From: Eubacteriales bacterium
GTDB lineage: Bacteria > Bacillota > Clostridia > Oscillospirales > CAG-272
DNA length: 35,322 bases
Direction: 5' to 3'
Assembly: GCA_045615165.1 (NCBI GenBank)
Contig: JAZLEH010000304.1
Location: 1-35,322, forward strand
In this document: positions 16,942-26,199 of the stretch, piece by piece
Layout: the number at the start of each line of letters is the position of its first letter
Numbering within the stretch: position 1 is the first letter of the stretch
Made by a program: the position numbers and the translations under genes
Notes under the pieces: generated by a model
Database searches by the model: none
The model's input: the letters and a program-made list of their open reading frames with translations, nothing else
What the model was told of the DNA's origin: nothing

Positions 16942-18249
16942 ATGAGATCGGATGCCGAAAAGATATATACGGGTGCGATAAATGCTTGCCTGCCCGATGC
17001 GGCGGTAAAAGAGGCGCTTTCGAATTTCAAAGCTCCCGCGGGCAAGCTCGTGCTCGTTGCCATAGGCAAGGCGGCGCACAGAATGGCGCTTGCCGCCGAA
17101 AAGGTGCTGACAGAGCGTAAAATAAAGCTCGACTCGGGCATAGTCATAACGAAATACGGACATTCAACGGGGGATATCGCGGGCGTTGAGATATACGAGG
17201 CAGGGCATCCCTTGCCCGACGAAAGCGGAATCCGCGCGACCGAAAGGGCACTCCGGCTCACCTCTAATCTCTCAGAGAACGACTGCGTTCTGTTTCTTAT
17301 ATCGGGCGGCGGCTCGGCACTCTTTGAGAGTCCGAAATGCACTCTCCCCGAACTCGTTTCGCTCACCGAGGCACTTCTTTCGTCAGGCGCTGATATCGGT
17401 GAGATAAACACCGTGCGCAAGCATATATCAAAGGTCAAAGGCGGAAGATTCGCTCGTCACGTATATCCTGCAAAGGTCTTTGCAATCGCTCTTTCCGACG
17501 TTATAGGCGATAGACTTGATACGATAGCCTCAGGTCCGTGCGCTCCCGATAGATCCACGGCGGATGAAACGAGGGCTATACTTGAAAAATATGGCATAAC
17601 CCTTTCAAAAGAGCTTTTATCGGCTCTTATGGAAGAGACGCCAAAGGAGATTGCAAACGCCACCCATTACATAGGCGGAAGCGTTCGCACCCTTGCGAGA
17701 AAGGCTTTTGAGATTGCGACCTCTCTCGGATATGAAACCGAGATAATCACCGATTCGGAAGAGGGAATTGCGCGCGACGTCGGTGCATCTCTTGCAAGAC
17801 TTGCCATCAAAAAATGCGACACGGATCACCCGCTTTGCTACATAATAGGCGGTGAAACCGTCGTTATGGTTGAGGGTGACGGACTTGGAGGAAGAAATCA
17901 GGAGATATGCCTTGCCGCTTCGGGAATTATTGCAAATTACAATAATATTGCGATATTTTCGGTTGGCTCGGACGGTACTGACGGACCGACTGATGCCGCA
18001 GGCGCTTTCGTTGACGGAAAGAGCTATATCAATATGGTAAAGGCGGGGCTCAATCCCTTGCGAATGCTCGATAATAACGATGCGTATCACGCGCTTGACG
18101 CAGTAGGGTCGCTTATAAAGCTCGGTGCAACGGGCACTAACGTTAACGATATAACCGTTGCTCTTATCACTCCGCCCGTCGATGAAGAACCCGATCCGAC
18201 ACGCAAGTTTGCGAACCTTGAAAGACTGATTAACAGTAAAAGAAAATAA
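16942..18249 (+). CDS. glycerate 2-kinase / hydroxypyruvate-reductase-like protein (DUF4147 + MOFRL, TtuD type)
   Basis: 435 aa. The ATG directly follows the pyk stop (TAAATG). Motifs IIGGETVVMVEGDGLGGRNQE and SVGSDGTDGPTDAAGA are typical of MOFRL-family glycerate kinases. Confidence 0.8.
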   Translation: MRSDAEKIYTGAINACLPDAAVKEALSNFKAPAGKLVLVAIGKAAHRMALAAEKVLTERKIKLDSGIVITKYGHSTGDIAGVEIYEAGHPLPDESGIRATERALRLTSNLSENDCVLFLISGGGSALFESPKCTLPELVSLTEALLSSGADIGEINTVRKHISKVKGGRFARHVYPAKVFAIALSDVIGDRLDTIASGPCAPDRSTADETRAILEKYGITLSKELLSALMEETPKEIANATHYIGGSVRTLARKAFEIATSLGYETEIITDSEEGIARDVGASLARLAIKKCDTDHPLCYIIGGETVVMVEGDGLGGRNQEICLAASGIIANYNNIAIFSVGSDGTDGPTDAAGAFVDGKSYINMVKAGLNPLRMLDNNDAYHALDAVGSLIKLGATGTNVNDITVALITPPVDEEPDPTRKFANLERLINSKRK

Positions 18250-18294
18250 AATTGCCCCTTAGCGCTGATTGACCGACGCTAAGGGGATTTTTTA
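18250..18294. terminator. bidirectional terminator between convergent glycerate kinase and GH2 genes
   Basis: CCCCTTAGCG (18255-18264), 12-nt loop, CGCTAAGGGG (18277-18286), then ATTTTTT. There is an A-run on the other side. Confidence 0.8.
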
Positions 18295-21009
18295 ATTTGC
18301 GGTAATGTCGTTTTTGTTAAACGCGAGATTGGTGTTTTCCTCTGATTTTTTAGTCTTGTGATTTATAATGGAGGAAAGCTCCTCTGGCGTGATGCTTATT
18401 TTCGGATCGAACTTTTCGGATGCCGCATAGTTTTCGATCTCACGCTTAAGCCAATTCGATTCGAGTAAATTTTTGTTTACATTTAACGAGCAGACGAGAA
18501 GCTTGCCCTTGCCGACCTTGTATTCGAAGAGGAGGGCTTCTCTGTGTGCGTTTTTATACGAGGTTGCAATTTCAATTATCGGCTCGAACGGGAGCGCGGG
18601 ATTATCGAGTATCACCGATTTTCCGCCATTAAGCAGCTCTGCCATCTGCCATCCTATAAACGCTTCCGGGATCTTCTCTGTCAAGGGATGGGGATTAATA
18701 ACCGTCGCAAGATGACCGTTCGTTCTTCCCGCAAGGGAAATTTGGAACGAAGTTCCCTCGTATTCAAACGGAGCACTGCCGAAGATGAGAACGCGCTCGC
18801 CGTTGCCGAGTCTTTCTATAAGCTCGGCTTCGCTCATACCTCTGGATACCGTTACGGGATGCTTTTCGAGTTTTGCGCTCGGAGCAGGGAATGCGTATAT
18901 ATCCCACTCGTTTTCAGTGCCGCAAATGGTCGCCGTGAGTTTAAGTGCCCTCGGCTCGTCGTAAGACGGGAAAGCGATTTTTATATCCGCAAGGCGCGTT
19001 ATCTCGCCGCTTGTTGCATTTTCAACTTCATATTCGTTTTCAAACACGGTCTCGTCGGGCGTGCTTAATGCGATACGGAGCACCCCGTTTTCTATATCCT
19101 CTCCGTAGTTTGAGATCATAATTCCGATCTCTGCTTCGTCTCCCGATTTGAAAACTCGATTCTTGATATCGGCAAGGAGAACTCTGTCGAAATTGTATTT
19201 TAAAACGTTTCGAGCACTCTCCCCGGGCTTTATTTCGTAAAACTCGTTCATAAGTCCAACGCAATAGCCAAAGGTGTGCCAGTGTGTGTCAATATCTCCG
19301 AGAAAATCGTAGCCCGCAAAGCTTTCACAGCTTCTGACTGTTTCAAAGCAATGCTTGCGTAAAAGCTTTTGCCATTCAACCGAGTTCTTGTAATAAAGCT
19401 CGGCTCTGTCAATAAGCCCCACGTCGCATAAATGCTTTTCGACCGACGAGAACATCTCCGTTCTTCCGATCCTCGTGCCCTCGTATCTCTTCGCAACCGA
19501 GAGATCGCAGTAAGTGCCGTGAATGCAAATTTCGTGAGAGAGCAGTGGCTTTTTGTAAATTGAGTTTCTTCGGTCGAGTATCTCTCTGTCGCCGGTTACC
19601 GAGTTATAGCTCGTAAGTCCGAGCGAATATGAGTTGTAAATATCGCAGAATTCCGAGAGCGCCGCGAGCCTTTTCGGGTTGTGCTTGATGGGCTCGTCAA
19701 CCTCGCAGTCGCCGTAGGAGTGATATTCGATACCCCTCATTGCCGACATCGGGGAGAAGAGGGAATTGGTCGTCAAGTGAACGAGCTCTGCCGCCCGTCT
19801 CAAATGCTCGATATAATCCTCGTCGATAACCATCTCGTTGCCCGAAGAATACGCGACGACTGAGGTGTATCTTCTCGTCATCCTCACGATCTCTGCCCAC
19901 TCCTCGATTGAGGTGTTGTTCGGGGTCTCCACCTCGATCAAAATACCTTCCTTGTCGGCGGCGCTCATATATTCCATCGGAGGCACGTAGGTGTGGAATC
20001 TTATCGAGTTAAAGCCGAGTTCCTTTGCTTTTCTTATAACGCCTCGGTAGTAATTTTCGTCACGGGTTGGATGCACGGTGATCGGATGATAGCAATGCTC
20101 GCAAAAACCGCGGAAGAAATAAGGAGATCCGTTAAAGTAAAGCTTAGTTCCCAAAACCTCAAGCCGTCTTATACCGAATTTCCGCAAGATCATTCCCTCG
20201 TCTGAGTATATTTTCGCCTCGTAAAGCTTCGGATCAGAGTGAGTCCAGCGGCGAAGAGCGCTCGCGTCAAAGCTTACCGAGCTTTGCCCGTTTTGGAGAG
20301 CTTTCTTATCAATAAGCCTGCATCCGTCGTATATCTCGACTGTATAGCATCTTTTTGTGTCCGCCTCTACATTGACCGTGAATACGGAGAGGTCATTTGC
20401 AACGGTTACCCACGCATCCCTGATTCCGCTATACGAAATTCTTAATTCCACCTCGCCGTAAATTCCGCCCGTGCATTCGTTTGCCGCGCGGGAGGTTAGA
20501 CCCGAAACGGGTCGCCCCATATATCCCGAAAGTCGATTGTTTGAAACGGCAAGGGTTATCTCATTTTCGCCTATTTTTGCAATTCCGGACGGAATATCCA
20601 TTTCAAAATCCGCCGAATATCCCTCGTGCCGTCCGATATAAATACCGTTAAGCCATACCGAAACGGTGTTCTGCACTCCGCCGAAATAAATGCGGCAGTC
20701 ATCCGAAATCTCGCTAAGCTCAAAGCTTCTTTGATAAGCAAAGCTTCCAAGGTAGTTCGGTAGCACGGTGTCTTCGCAATAGCCCGTCTCCGGGTAGGTC
20801 TGCCTTTTATAAAGCGGATTTATCGCAATACGCTTGCCAAAGGGCGCGCTTGCAAACGCATCTTCCATATCCTCAAAGTAATTCGGAACGGCGTTCTTCA
20901 CCGTTATTGCATCACTCGTGAGCCGGGGCTCTTTTTCACTCCTATACTCCTCTGGGCTTAAATATTCTATTTTCCATTCGCCCGAAAGCGATAAAACTCT
21001 ATCTTTCAT
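18292..21009 (-). CDS. glycoside hydrolase family 2-like enzyme (beta-galactosidase/beta-hexuronidase class), specificity unknown
   Basis: The ORF track gives 932 aa from 21090, but its first 27 codons overlap the upstream araC-type gene. ATG 21009 has GGAAGGAAGA 7 nt upstream, giving 905 aa. It has an N-terminal sugar-binding region and a TIM-barrel region with SIRFHTYVP, acid/base-like YSSGNEM and nucleophile-like LLSHEICIHG. Confidence 0.75.
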   Translation of the reverse strand: MKDRVLSLSGEWKIEYLSPEEYRSEKEPRLTSDAITVKNAVPNYFEDMEDAFASAPFGKRIAINPLYKRQTYPETGYCEDTVLPNYLGSFAYQRSFELSEISDDCRIYFGGVQNTVSVWLNGIYIGRHEGYSADFEMDIPSGIAKIGENEITLAVSNNRLSGYMGRPVSGLTSRAANECTGGIYGEVELRISYSGIRDAWVTVANDLSVFTVNVEADTKRCYTVEIYDGCRLIDKKALQNGQSSVSFDASALRRWTHSDPKLYEAKIYSDEGMILRKFGIRRLEVLGTKLYFNGSPYFFRGFCEHCYHPITVHPTRDENYYRGVIRKAKELGFNSIRFHTYVPPMEYMSAADKEGILIEVETPNNTSIEEWAEIVRMTRRYTSVVAYSSGNEMVIDEDYIEHLRRAAELVHLTTNSLFSPMSAMRGIEYHSYGDCEVDEPIKHNPKRLAALSEFCDIYNSYSLGLTSYNSVTGDREILDRRNSIYKKPLLSHEICIHGTYCDLSVAKRYEGTRIGRTEMFSSVEKHLCDVGLIDRAELYYKNSVEWQKLLRKHCFETVRSCESFAGYDFLGDIDTHWHTFGYCVGLMNEFYEIKPGESARNVLKYNFDRVLLADIKNRVFKSGDEAEIGIMISNYGEDIENGVLRIALSTPDETVFENEYEVENATSGEITRLADIKIAFPSYDEPRALKLTATICGTENEWDIYAFPAPSAKLEKHPVTVSRGMSEAELIERLGNGERVLIFGSAPFEYEGTSFQISLAGRTNGHLATVINPHPLTEKIPEAFIGWQMAELLNGGKSVILDNPALPFEPIIEIATSYKNAHREALLFEYKVGKGKLLVCSLNVNKNLLESNWLKREIENYAASEKFDPKISITPEELSSIINHKTKKSEENTNLAFNKNDITAN

Positions 21010-21013
21010 AGCC

Positions 21014-21868
21014 TTATCTTCCTTCCCGCCTTTTCGGTGAGTGACCGAATTGTTTTTTATATATCCTTGCAAAGTAGCTCGCATCCTCAAATCCCGCCAT
21101 CGTTGCGATCTCGCCTATTTGGCGGTCAGTGTTTGCAAGCATAGCGTCCGCCAGCTTTAATCTGTATGAGTTGAGATATTGTATTGCGGTAACGCCCATA
21201 ACGCTTTTGAATATTCTGCAAAAATGGAACTTGCTTATGTTGCAGGCGTTGGCGAGCATATCGACGGTGAAGTGCGTTGAATATTCGTCGCGTATCATTC
21301 TTATCGCAGGCTCGATAACCGCGTAATAGTGCAGTAAGTCCTCGCCCGATGAGCTCTCGCCCATTTCGATGCCGTTTTCAAGAAGCCATGCAAAAAGCTC
21401 TGCCATAAGCCCAAAGGTCTTAAGTCTGTCTGCGCTCGATTTATCGGGGTCGGTGGCAACCAGCGAGTCGAGTATAGCACTTAGTTCACCGTTATTTTTA
21501 AAATGAGTTTTGAAAACCGCATGCTTTCCGAAAACCAGATTTCTTAAATTAAGGTCTGCGCCCCAAACTCCGTCAAAGAAATCTATTCCCATCATAAAAA
21601 GGTGATATCTTCCGGGTGCGTTCTTTCCGCAGTCGATGGTGGTATGAAATTCGTAGGGGTTGATGATAACCACGTCGCCCGCTTCGGCATAAACAGTCTT
21701 ATCACCGACGAGGAGCGTGGAATCGCCACCGTAAAAATACTTGATCTCGATAGCCTCGTGTATCGCCTGCACGCTAAAGCCCTCATCATTTTTGAATGAG
21801 GTGCTATATTTTCTCGTCCTTAAAGGGAAGCTCTCATCGGAGAACTTTATATCCTCACTTTTTTTCAT
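21014..21868 (-). CDS. AraC-family transcriptional regulator (cupin sensor + HTH)
   Basis: 284 aa. N-terminal cupin-like GDVVIINPYEFH. C-terminal HTH pair FHFCRIFKSVMGVTAIQYLNSYRL ... AGFEDASYFARIYKKQFGHSP. Its stop is 4 nt before the GH2 start. Confidence 0.85.
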   Translation of the reverse strand: MKKSEDIKFSDESFPLRTRKYSTSFKNDEGFSVQAIHEAIEIKYFYGGDSTLLVGDKTVYAEAGDVVIINPYEFHTTIDCGKNAPGRYHLFMMGIDFFDGVWGADLNLRNLVFGKHAVFKTHFKNNGELSAILDSLVATDPDKSSADRLKTFGLMAELFAWLLENGIEMGESSSGEDLLHYYAVIEPAIRMIRDEYSTHFTVDMLANACNISKFHFCRIFKSVMGVTAIQYLNSYRLKLADAMLANTDRQIGEIATMAGFEDASYFARIYKKQFGHSPKRREGR

Positions 21869-21889
21869 TTGATCACCGCCTTTTTAGAT

Positions 21890-21918
21890 ATCGTAGCACA
21901 AAATTGCTTTTTAGTCAA
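21890..21918 (-). promoter_or_regulatory. putative promoter of the araC-GH2 operon
   Basis: On the minus strand: TTGACT (21918-21913), 17 nt, TACGAT (21895-21890) preceded by TGc. Confidence 0.4.
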
Positions 21919-21966
21919 TATGTAAAGCAAAAAAATGCAATTTTTGTCATATTATTCATTTGCATA

Positions 21967-21995
21967 TTGACAAACCGATTAAATGATGTTATATT
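21967..21995 (+). promoter_or_regulatory. putative promoter of the DUF4091-like gene
   Basis: TTGACA (21967-21972), 17 nt, TATATT (21990-21995) with TGt extended -10. A direct repeat TTTGTCATATT (21943-21953) / TTTGCATATT (21959-21968) abuts the -35 and may be an AraC-type site. Confidence 0.45.
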
Positions 21996-22029
21996 TGGAA
22001 TAAAAATAAAACTATTGGAGTTAATGAAT

Positions 22030-23730
22030 ATGTCGGAAATTTTAAAGCTTCTTTCTTCACAGTATAAGCATTTGCCCGGTCGCTCGTTTGAGACTGTTGA
22101 AAAACGCGTTATCACAAGCGCGACTATGCTCAAAAACGATACGTTTTCATTCCAGGCGTTGTACCGTGCGGCTTGTGAGCCAAAAAATCATAGGGCCAGC
22201 GTTTATATCGAAACAGATCTTCCCGTAAAGGCGTATAAGGTTGAATACGTTGCCGTGCAGAATACCTATGCCAAAAAAGAGAGCGCGGAATTTGAGTCAA
22301 CGAAGCCGGGTATTTTCCCTGATATGCTCAATCCCAGACCTGTAAAGCCCGAAATTTTTGTAACCGGCTGGGCAAAGAACTCCTGCTATGAGAAAACCGA
22401 TGCAACGCTTACCTCGATAGTTGACGATTTTCGCTCGGTATGGTTTACGATCAACCCCGACAGCAAAAAATTGACCCCCGGTGAATACAAGATAAAGGTC
22501 GTGTTGGCTGAGCTCAAAAAGTATGAGATAATGGCAGAGGAAACCCTCACTCTAAAGGTTATTGATGCAGAGCTTCCGAAGCAGGATATTTATTATACGA
22601 ACTGGTTCCATATCGACTGCGTTTGCGATATGTTCGGCGTGAAGCCTTATTCAAACGCTTTCTATAAGGTGTTTGACGAATATATCAAAAATATGACCGC
22701 CCACCGCCAGAATACGCTCCTTCTTCCCGCGTTTACGCCGGCTCTTGATACCGAGGTGAGCGACGAGCGAATGAACGTTCAACTCGTTGAGATAGAGAAG
22801 GAGGGGGACGGATGGCGCTTCGGATTCGATAAAATGCGCCGCTTCGTTCGCCGCGCTAAAAAGTGCGGAGTCGAAATTTTCGAGCACTGCCATCTTTTCA
22901 GCCAATGGGGTGCTACCAATGCGCCGAATATATACGATAAAGAGGGTAAGCGTATTTTTGGCTACGATACAAAGGCTTCGGGCGAGGAATATACCAAATT
23001 TATCCGCTCGTATTTGACGGAATTTGCTAAGTTTGCAAAGGAAGAAAAAATAGAGGACAAAATCCTTTGGCATATATCGGATGAGCCGGTCGAAAATCAA
23101 ATGGAAAGCTACCGTGCTGCGAGAAATACGGTCGCAGATATCCTTTCCGAATGCGTTGTTTCCGATGCGATGTTCGACACCTCGTTTTACGAAGCGGGGC
23201 TCGTTGACCAGCCCATATTGAGTATAGGCAGTCTCGAAACATACGACGAGCAGAAATGCCCTAGTATCGCCGTTTATTACACGGGCGGCGAGACGGGCAC
23301 TTCAAACAGAAAGATCTGCAACACCTCAGCAACGACCCGCGTTCTCGGATTAATTCTTTATAAATACAAGGCAAAAGGATTCTTGCACTGGGCGTATAAC
23401 TTCTACTACGATATATCGAGCAGAGGATTCTCAGATCCTAAGATAAACCCCTGCGCGTACAGGCTCCATCCGGGATTGACCTTCCTTGCTTATCCGATAA
23501 ATCAGAAGGGCGTATCCACGGTATATCCCTCGATACGCGAGGAGCTGATGCGCGAGGCAATGGACGACCTTAGAGCCTTGAAGCTTCTTGAAAGCAAGAT
23601 CGGAAGAGAAAAAACGCTTGCTATCTGTGAAGAAAAGCTTGGCACGATAACCGCGTATACGCTTCCCGAGGGCGAAGCGCTCAGAGAGCTTAGAGAAATC
23701 ATAAACGAAAAAATTGAGGAAAATTCATAA
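22030..23730 (+). CDS. DUF4091 / GH123-like putative glycoside hydrolase
   Basis: The ORF track starts at 21796, inside the divergent promoter region. GGAG (22017-22020) 9 nt upstream favours ATG 22030 (566 aa). No signal peptide is apparent. The C-terminal block KAKGFLHWAYNFYYD resembles DUF4091-containing proteins from memory, so the family call needs an HMM. Confidence 0.5.
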   Translation: MSEILKLLSSQYKHLPGRSFETVEKRVITSATMLKNDTFSFQALYRAACEPKNHRASVYIETDLPVKAYKVEYVAVQNTYAKKESAEFESTKPGIFPDMLNPRPVKPEIFVTGWAKNSCYEKTDATLTSIVDDFRSVWFTINPDSKKLTPGEYKIKVVLAELKKYEIMAEETLTLKVIDAELPKQDIYYTNWFHIDCVCDMFGVKPYSNAFYKVFDEYIKNMTAHRQNTLLLPAFTPALDTEVSDERMNVQLVEIEKEGDGWRFGFDKMRRFVRRAKKCGVEIFEHCHLFSQWGATNAPNIYDKEGKRIFGYDTKASGEEYTKFIRSYLTEFAKFAKEEKIEDKILWHISDEPVENQMESYRAARNTVADILSECVVSDAMFDTSFYEAGLVDQPILSIGSLETYDEQKCPSIAVYYTGGETGTSNRKICNTSATTRVLGLILYKYKAKGFLHWAYNFYYDISSRGFSDPKINPCAYRLHPGLTFLAYPINQKGVSTVYPSIREELMREAMDDLRALKLLESKIGREKTLAICEEKLGTITAYTLPEGEALRELREIINEKIEENS

Positions 23731-23737
23731 GATATAG

Positions 23738-23775
23738 CAAAAGGGGAGATACCGTGATCGATATCTCCCCAATAT
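23738..23775. terminator. bidirectional terminator between convergent DUF4091-like and DegT-like genes
   Basis: GGGGAGATA (23743-23751), 10-nt loop, TATCTCCCC (23762-23770). On the minus strand it is followed by TTTT; on the plus strand by an AT/T-rich run. Confidence 0.7.
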
Positions 23776-23801
23776 TATTTTGTTTTTCCTTTTAACCGAA
23801 A

Positions 23802-25163
23802 TCAGTTTTTAAACTTGGTAATTGCGGGCTCTTCGTTTTCTGTGCCGTACCATCTTCCGCCGGATGACTTGTCGGTGTCTCCCTCGAGAAGATCTTGGTA
23901 GTTCTCTGCAACCTTGCGGAAGCACTCTGCGTACTTTTCAATCCACTTTTTCGACTCGTCGTCAAATTTCTTAAACCACGGAACGCCGAAGCAATGGCGG
24001 TTAAGTGAGGGAGCGCAAAGATCGTCATCGGCTCTCGTGTCGCGCTCGGAGAATGCTATGCGAGAGGGCTTTTCGGAGTTGTAGAGGTTATAGGTCTTGA
24101 AGAGCTTGTGCGTGTGGAGACAGAAGTTTCCGCCCTCGGAGCATTTTGAACCCTCGGCAGTTACCGCTTCCGCAAATCTCTTAACCGAAAGACCTCCGAG
24201 CTGTTCGGGATAATACATTCCGTGAGGGCAATACCAGCCGGCCATATTCGATCCGGTCGACTCGTCAACGCGGATGGCGCGGATTCCGGGAACGCCCTCA
24301 AGAAGATCCCAGAAATAGTTCATCGCCTTGCGGATCTCGGCACATCTCTCGTCGTAATACTTAAGCTGAACGCGTGCCATAGCGGTGCAGAGCTGATTTG
24401 CGCGGCCCTTGCATCCGCCGAGAGCGATGTTGAAGTAATCCTTAAGATCCTCGGATTCGGTTATGTATTTTGCGTTGTTTCTCTCATAGTGGGCAAATGC
24501 GATAGCGCGTTCGATATACTTCTTATTGTCGGTTACCATAATTCCGAGCTCGCCTGCGGCAAACGACTTTCCGCTCATAAGCGACATTGCGGCAATGTTA
24601 CCGAAAGTACCGAGTCTCTTACCCTTGTAAAGACCGCCCTGCGCGTGCGAAACGTCCTCAACTACGATGAGGTTATGCTTCTTTGCGATAGCCATAATTT
24701 TGTCCATATCCGCGGGATATGCGAAATAGTGAACGACCATTATCGCCTTCGTCTTTTCGGTGATGCAACGCTCGATATCGTCGGGATCGATCGAGAGATT
24801 GTCGTCGATGTTACAGAACACGGGGGTCGCGCCGAACTGAAGAGAGGAGGTTATACTTGCCCAATAGGTTTTCGTCGGGCAGATGATCTCGTCACCCATT
24901 CCAAGACCGATGGCAAAGAGCGCCGCGGTTATGGAGAGAGTTCCGCTTGAGAATGCAAGCGCGTACTTAGTTCCGATCCAGGATGCAAATTCGTTCTGGA
25001 ACTGTTCGGTGATAGCAGTTCCGGAATAGAGGTTGTTTCTTATAACGTCGAGCGCCGCTGCCTCGTCCTCTTCGCCGATTATGGGCCATGCAAAGAGTCT
25101 CTTGGGCACGTCCGCGCCCTTTTCAATTACCGGCTTGCCGCCGAGAAGTGCAAGTTTTGACAT
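23802..25163 (-). CDS. DegT/DnrJ/EryC1/StrS-family PLP-dependent (keto-sugar/cyclitol) aminotransferase
   Basis: 453 aa. Motifs LLGGKPV, ALAFSSGTLSITAAL, GDEIICPTKTYWAS, KAIMVVHYFAYPADMD, VVEDVSHAQG and SLMSGKSFAAGELG (PLP Lys). AAAGGAG SD 8 nt upstream. The C-terminal ~80 aa lie beyond the core I recognise. Confidence 0.85.
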   Translation of the reverse strand: MSKLALLGGKPVIEKGADVPKRLFAWPIIGEEDEAAALDVIRNNLYSGTAITEQFQNEFASWIGTKYALAFSSGTLSITAALFAIGLGMGDEIICPTKTYWASITSSLQFGATPVFCNIDDNLSIDPDDIERCITEKTKAIMVVHYFAYPADMDKIMAIAKKHNLIVVEDVSHAQGGLYKGKRLGTFGNIAAMSLMSGKSFAAGELGIMVTDNKKYIERAIAFAHYERNNAKYITESEDLKDYFNIALGGCKGRANQLCTAMARVQLKYYDERCAEIRKAMNYFWDLLEGVPGIRAIRVDESTGSNMAGWYCPHGMYYPEQLGGLSVKRFAEAVTAEGSKCSEGGNFCLHTHKLFKTYNLYNSEKPSRIAFSERDTRADDDLCAPSLNRHCFGVPWFKKFDDESKKWIEKYAECFRKVAENYQDLLEGDTDKSSGGRWYGTENEEPAITKFKN

Positions 25164-25180
25164 AATATATGCTCCTTTTA

Positions 25181-26191
25181 TCAGTTGTGAGTTTTTGATG
25201 CTTCGTAGACCTTTTCTATGAAGCTTACCGCATTATATCCGTCGATTGCGGTGGATATGAGATCTTCCTCGCCGCGAATTGCGCCGATAAAGTTTTTGAT
25301 CTGAAGCGCGTGTCTGTCGTGACCCATTTTCGTGGGGTCGGATGCTGTGCCCGCGCCTGAGGTTACCGAGGTGTCGATAACGAACTCGCCGTCGATATAA
25401 AGCTTTTCAAGATTCGCGTCAACGATTATTGCATATCCGCGCGAGCCGTGTATTTCTATACGGCGGTTAAATCCGGGATTTGCAGAGGTTGATGCCTGCA
25501 TAACTCCGAGTGCGCCCGACTCGTATTCAACAGCCGCAACGGCGGTGTCCTCGGTCTCGATATCGTGAACGAGGGTTTTCACCCTGGCGGTGAGGAGACG
25601 GGGCTTTCCGAAGAGATAATGCATTATATCAACGCCGTGAATGCCTTGATTCATAAGCGCTCCGCCGCCGTCCATTGCGAAAGTGCCGCGCCAGGGGCTG
25701 ACGGTGAAATAAGACTTATCTCTCCAATATTTCATATAAAGGTCGCAGAAGACGAGCTGACCGAGCTTGCCCTCGTTTATGACCTTGCGAAGATACTGTA
25801 TATCGTCGGTGAAGCGCATCTGGAAGATAACGCTGAGCGTTTTCTTCGACTCTTCAACCTTGTCGCACACTCTCTTTGCGTCAGCGCTCGTTAGTGCCAT
25901 CGGCTTTTCAAGAAGAACGTGCTTGTCGGATTCAAGCGCCTTGATCGCCTGATCCGCGTGCATACCCGAGGGGGTGCAGATCGATATCGCGTCAATATCC
26001 TTTGCCGCGAGCATTTCGTCGTAGCTGGTGTAGGCTTTTACGCCGTATTTTTTTGCATACTCGTTTGCGCGCTCCTCGCTAACGTCGCAAAATGCGATAA
26101 GCTCCGCATCGGCGGAAAGCTCTCGTATCGCTCTTGCGTGAACGTCACCGATAGTGCCGCATCCGATAATTCCAAATCTGATCTTACTCAT
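25181..26191 (-). CDS. Gfo/Idh/MocA-family NAD(P)-dependent oxidoreductase
   Basis: 336 aa from ATG 26191 with a GAGG SD. The TTG 26203 used in the ORF track overlaps the upstream stop. Rossmann motif IRFGIIGCGTIGDVHA and the LLEKPMA motif. Confidence 0.85.
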   Translation of the reverse strand: MSKIRFGIIGCGTIGDVHARAIRELSADAELIAFCDVSEERANEYAKKYGVKAYTSYDEMLAAKDIDAISICTPSGMHADQAIKALESDKHVLLEKPMALTSADAKRVCDKVEESKKTLSVIFQMRFTDDIQYLRKVINEGKLGQLVFCDLYMKYWRDKSYFTVSPWRGTFAMDGGGALMNQGIHGVDIMHYLFGKPRLLTARVKTLVHDIETEDTAVAAVEYESGALGVMQASTSANPGFNRRIEIHGSRGYAIIVDANLEKLYIDGEFVIDTSVTSGAGTASDPTKMGHDRHALQIKNFIGAIRGEEDLISTAIDGYNAVSFIEKVYEASKTHN

Positions 26192-26199
26192 TTTATACC

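Noticed and set aside
21010-21090. The N-terminal 27 codons of the 932-aa GH2 ORF as listed in the ORF track.
   Set aside because: This extension overlaps the 3' end of the araC-type gene and has no SD. ATG 21009 has a GGAAGGAAGA SD at proper spacing, and the recognisable GH2 sequence starts there.
21796-22029. The N-terminal 78 codons of the 644-aa ORF listed for the DUF4091-like gene.
   Set aside because: The extension runs through the AT-rich divergent promoter region and overlaps the araC start. It encodes low-complexity hydrophobic sequence and has no SD. A TTGACA-17-TATATT promoter lies inside it, so ATG 22030 (or 22024) is the realistic start.
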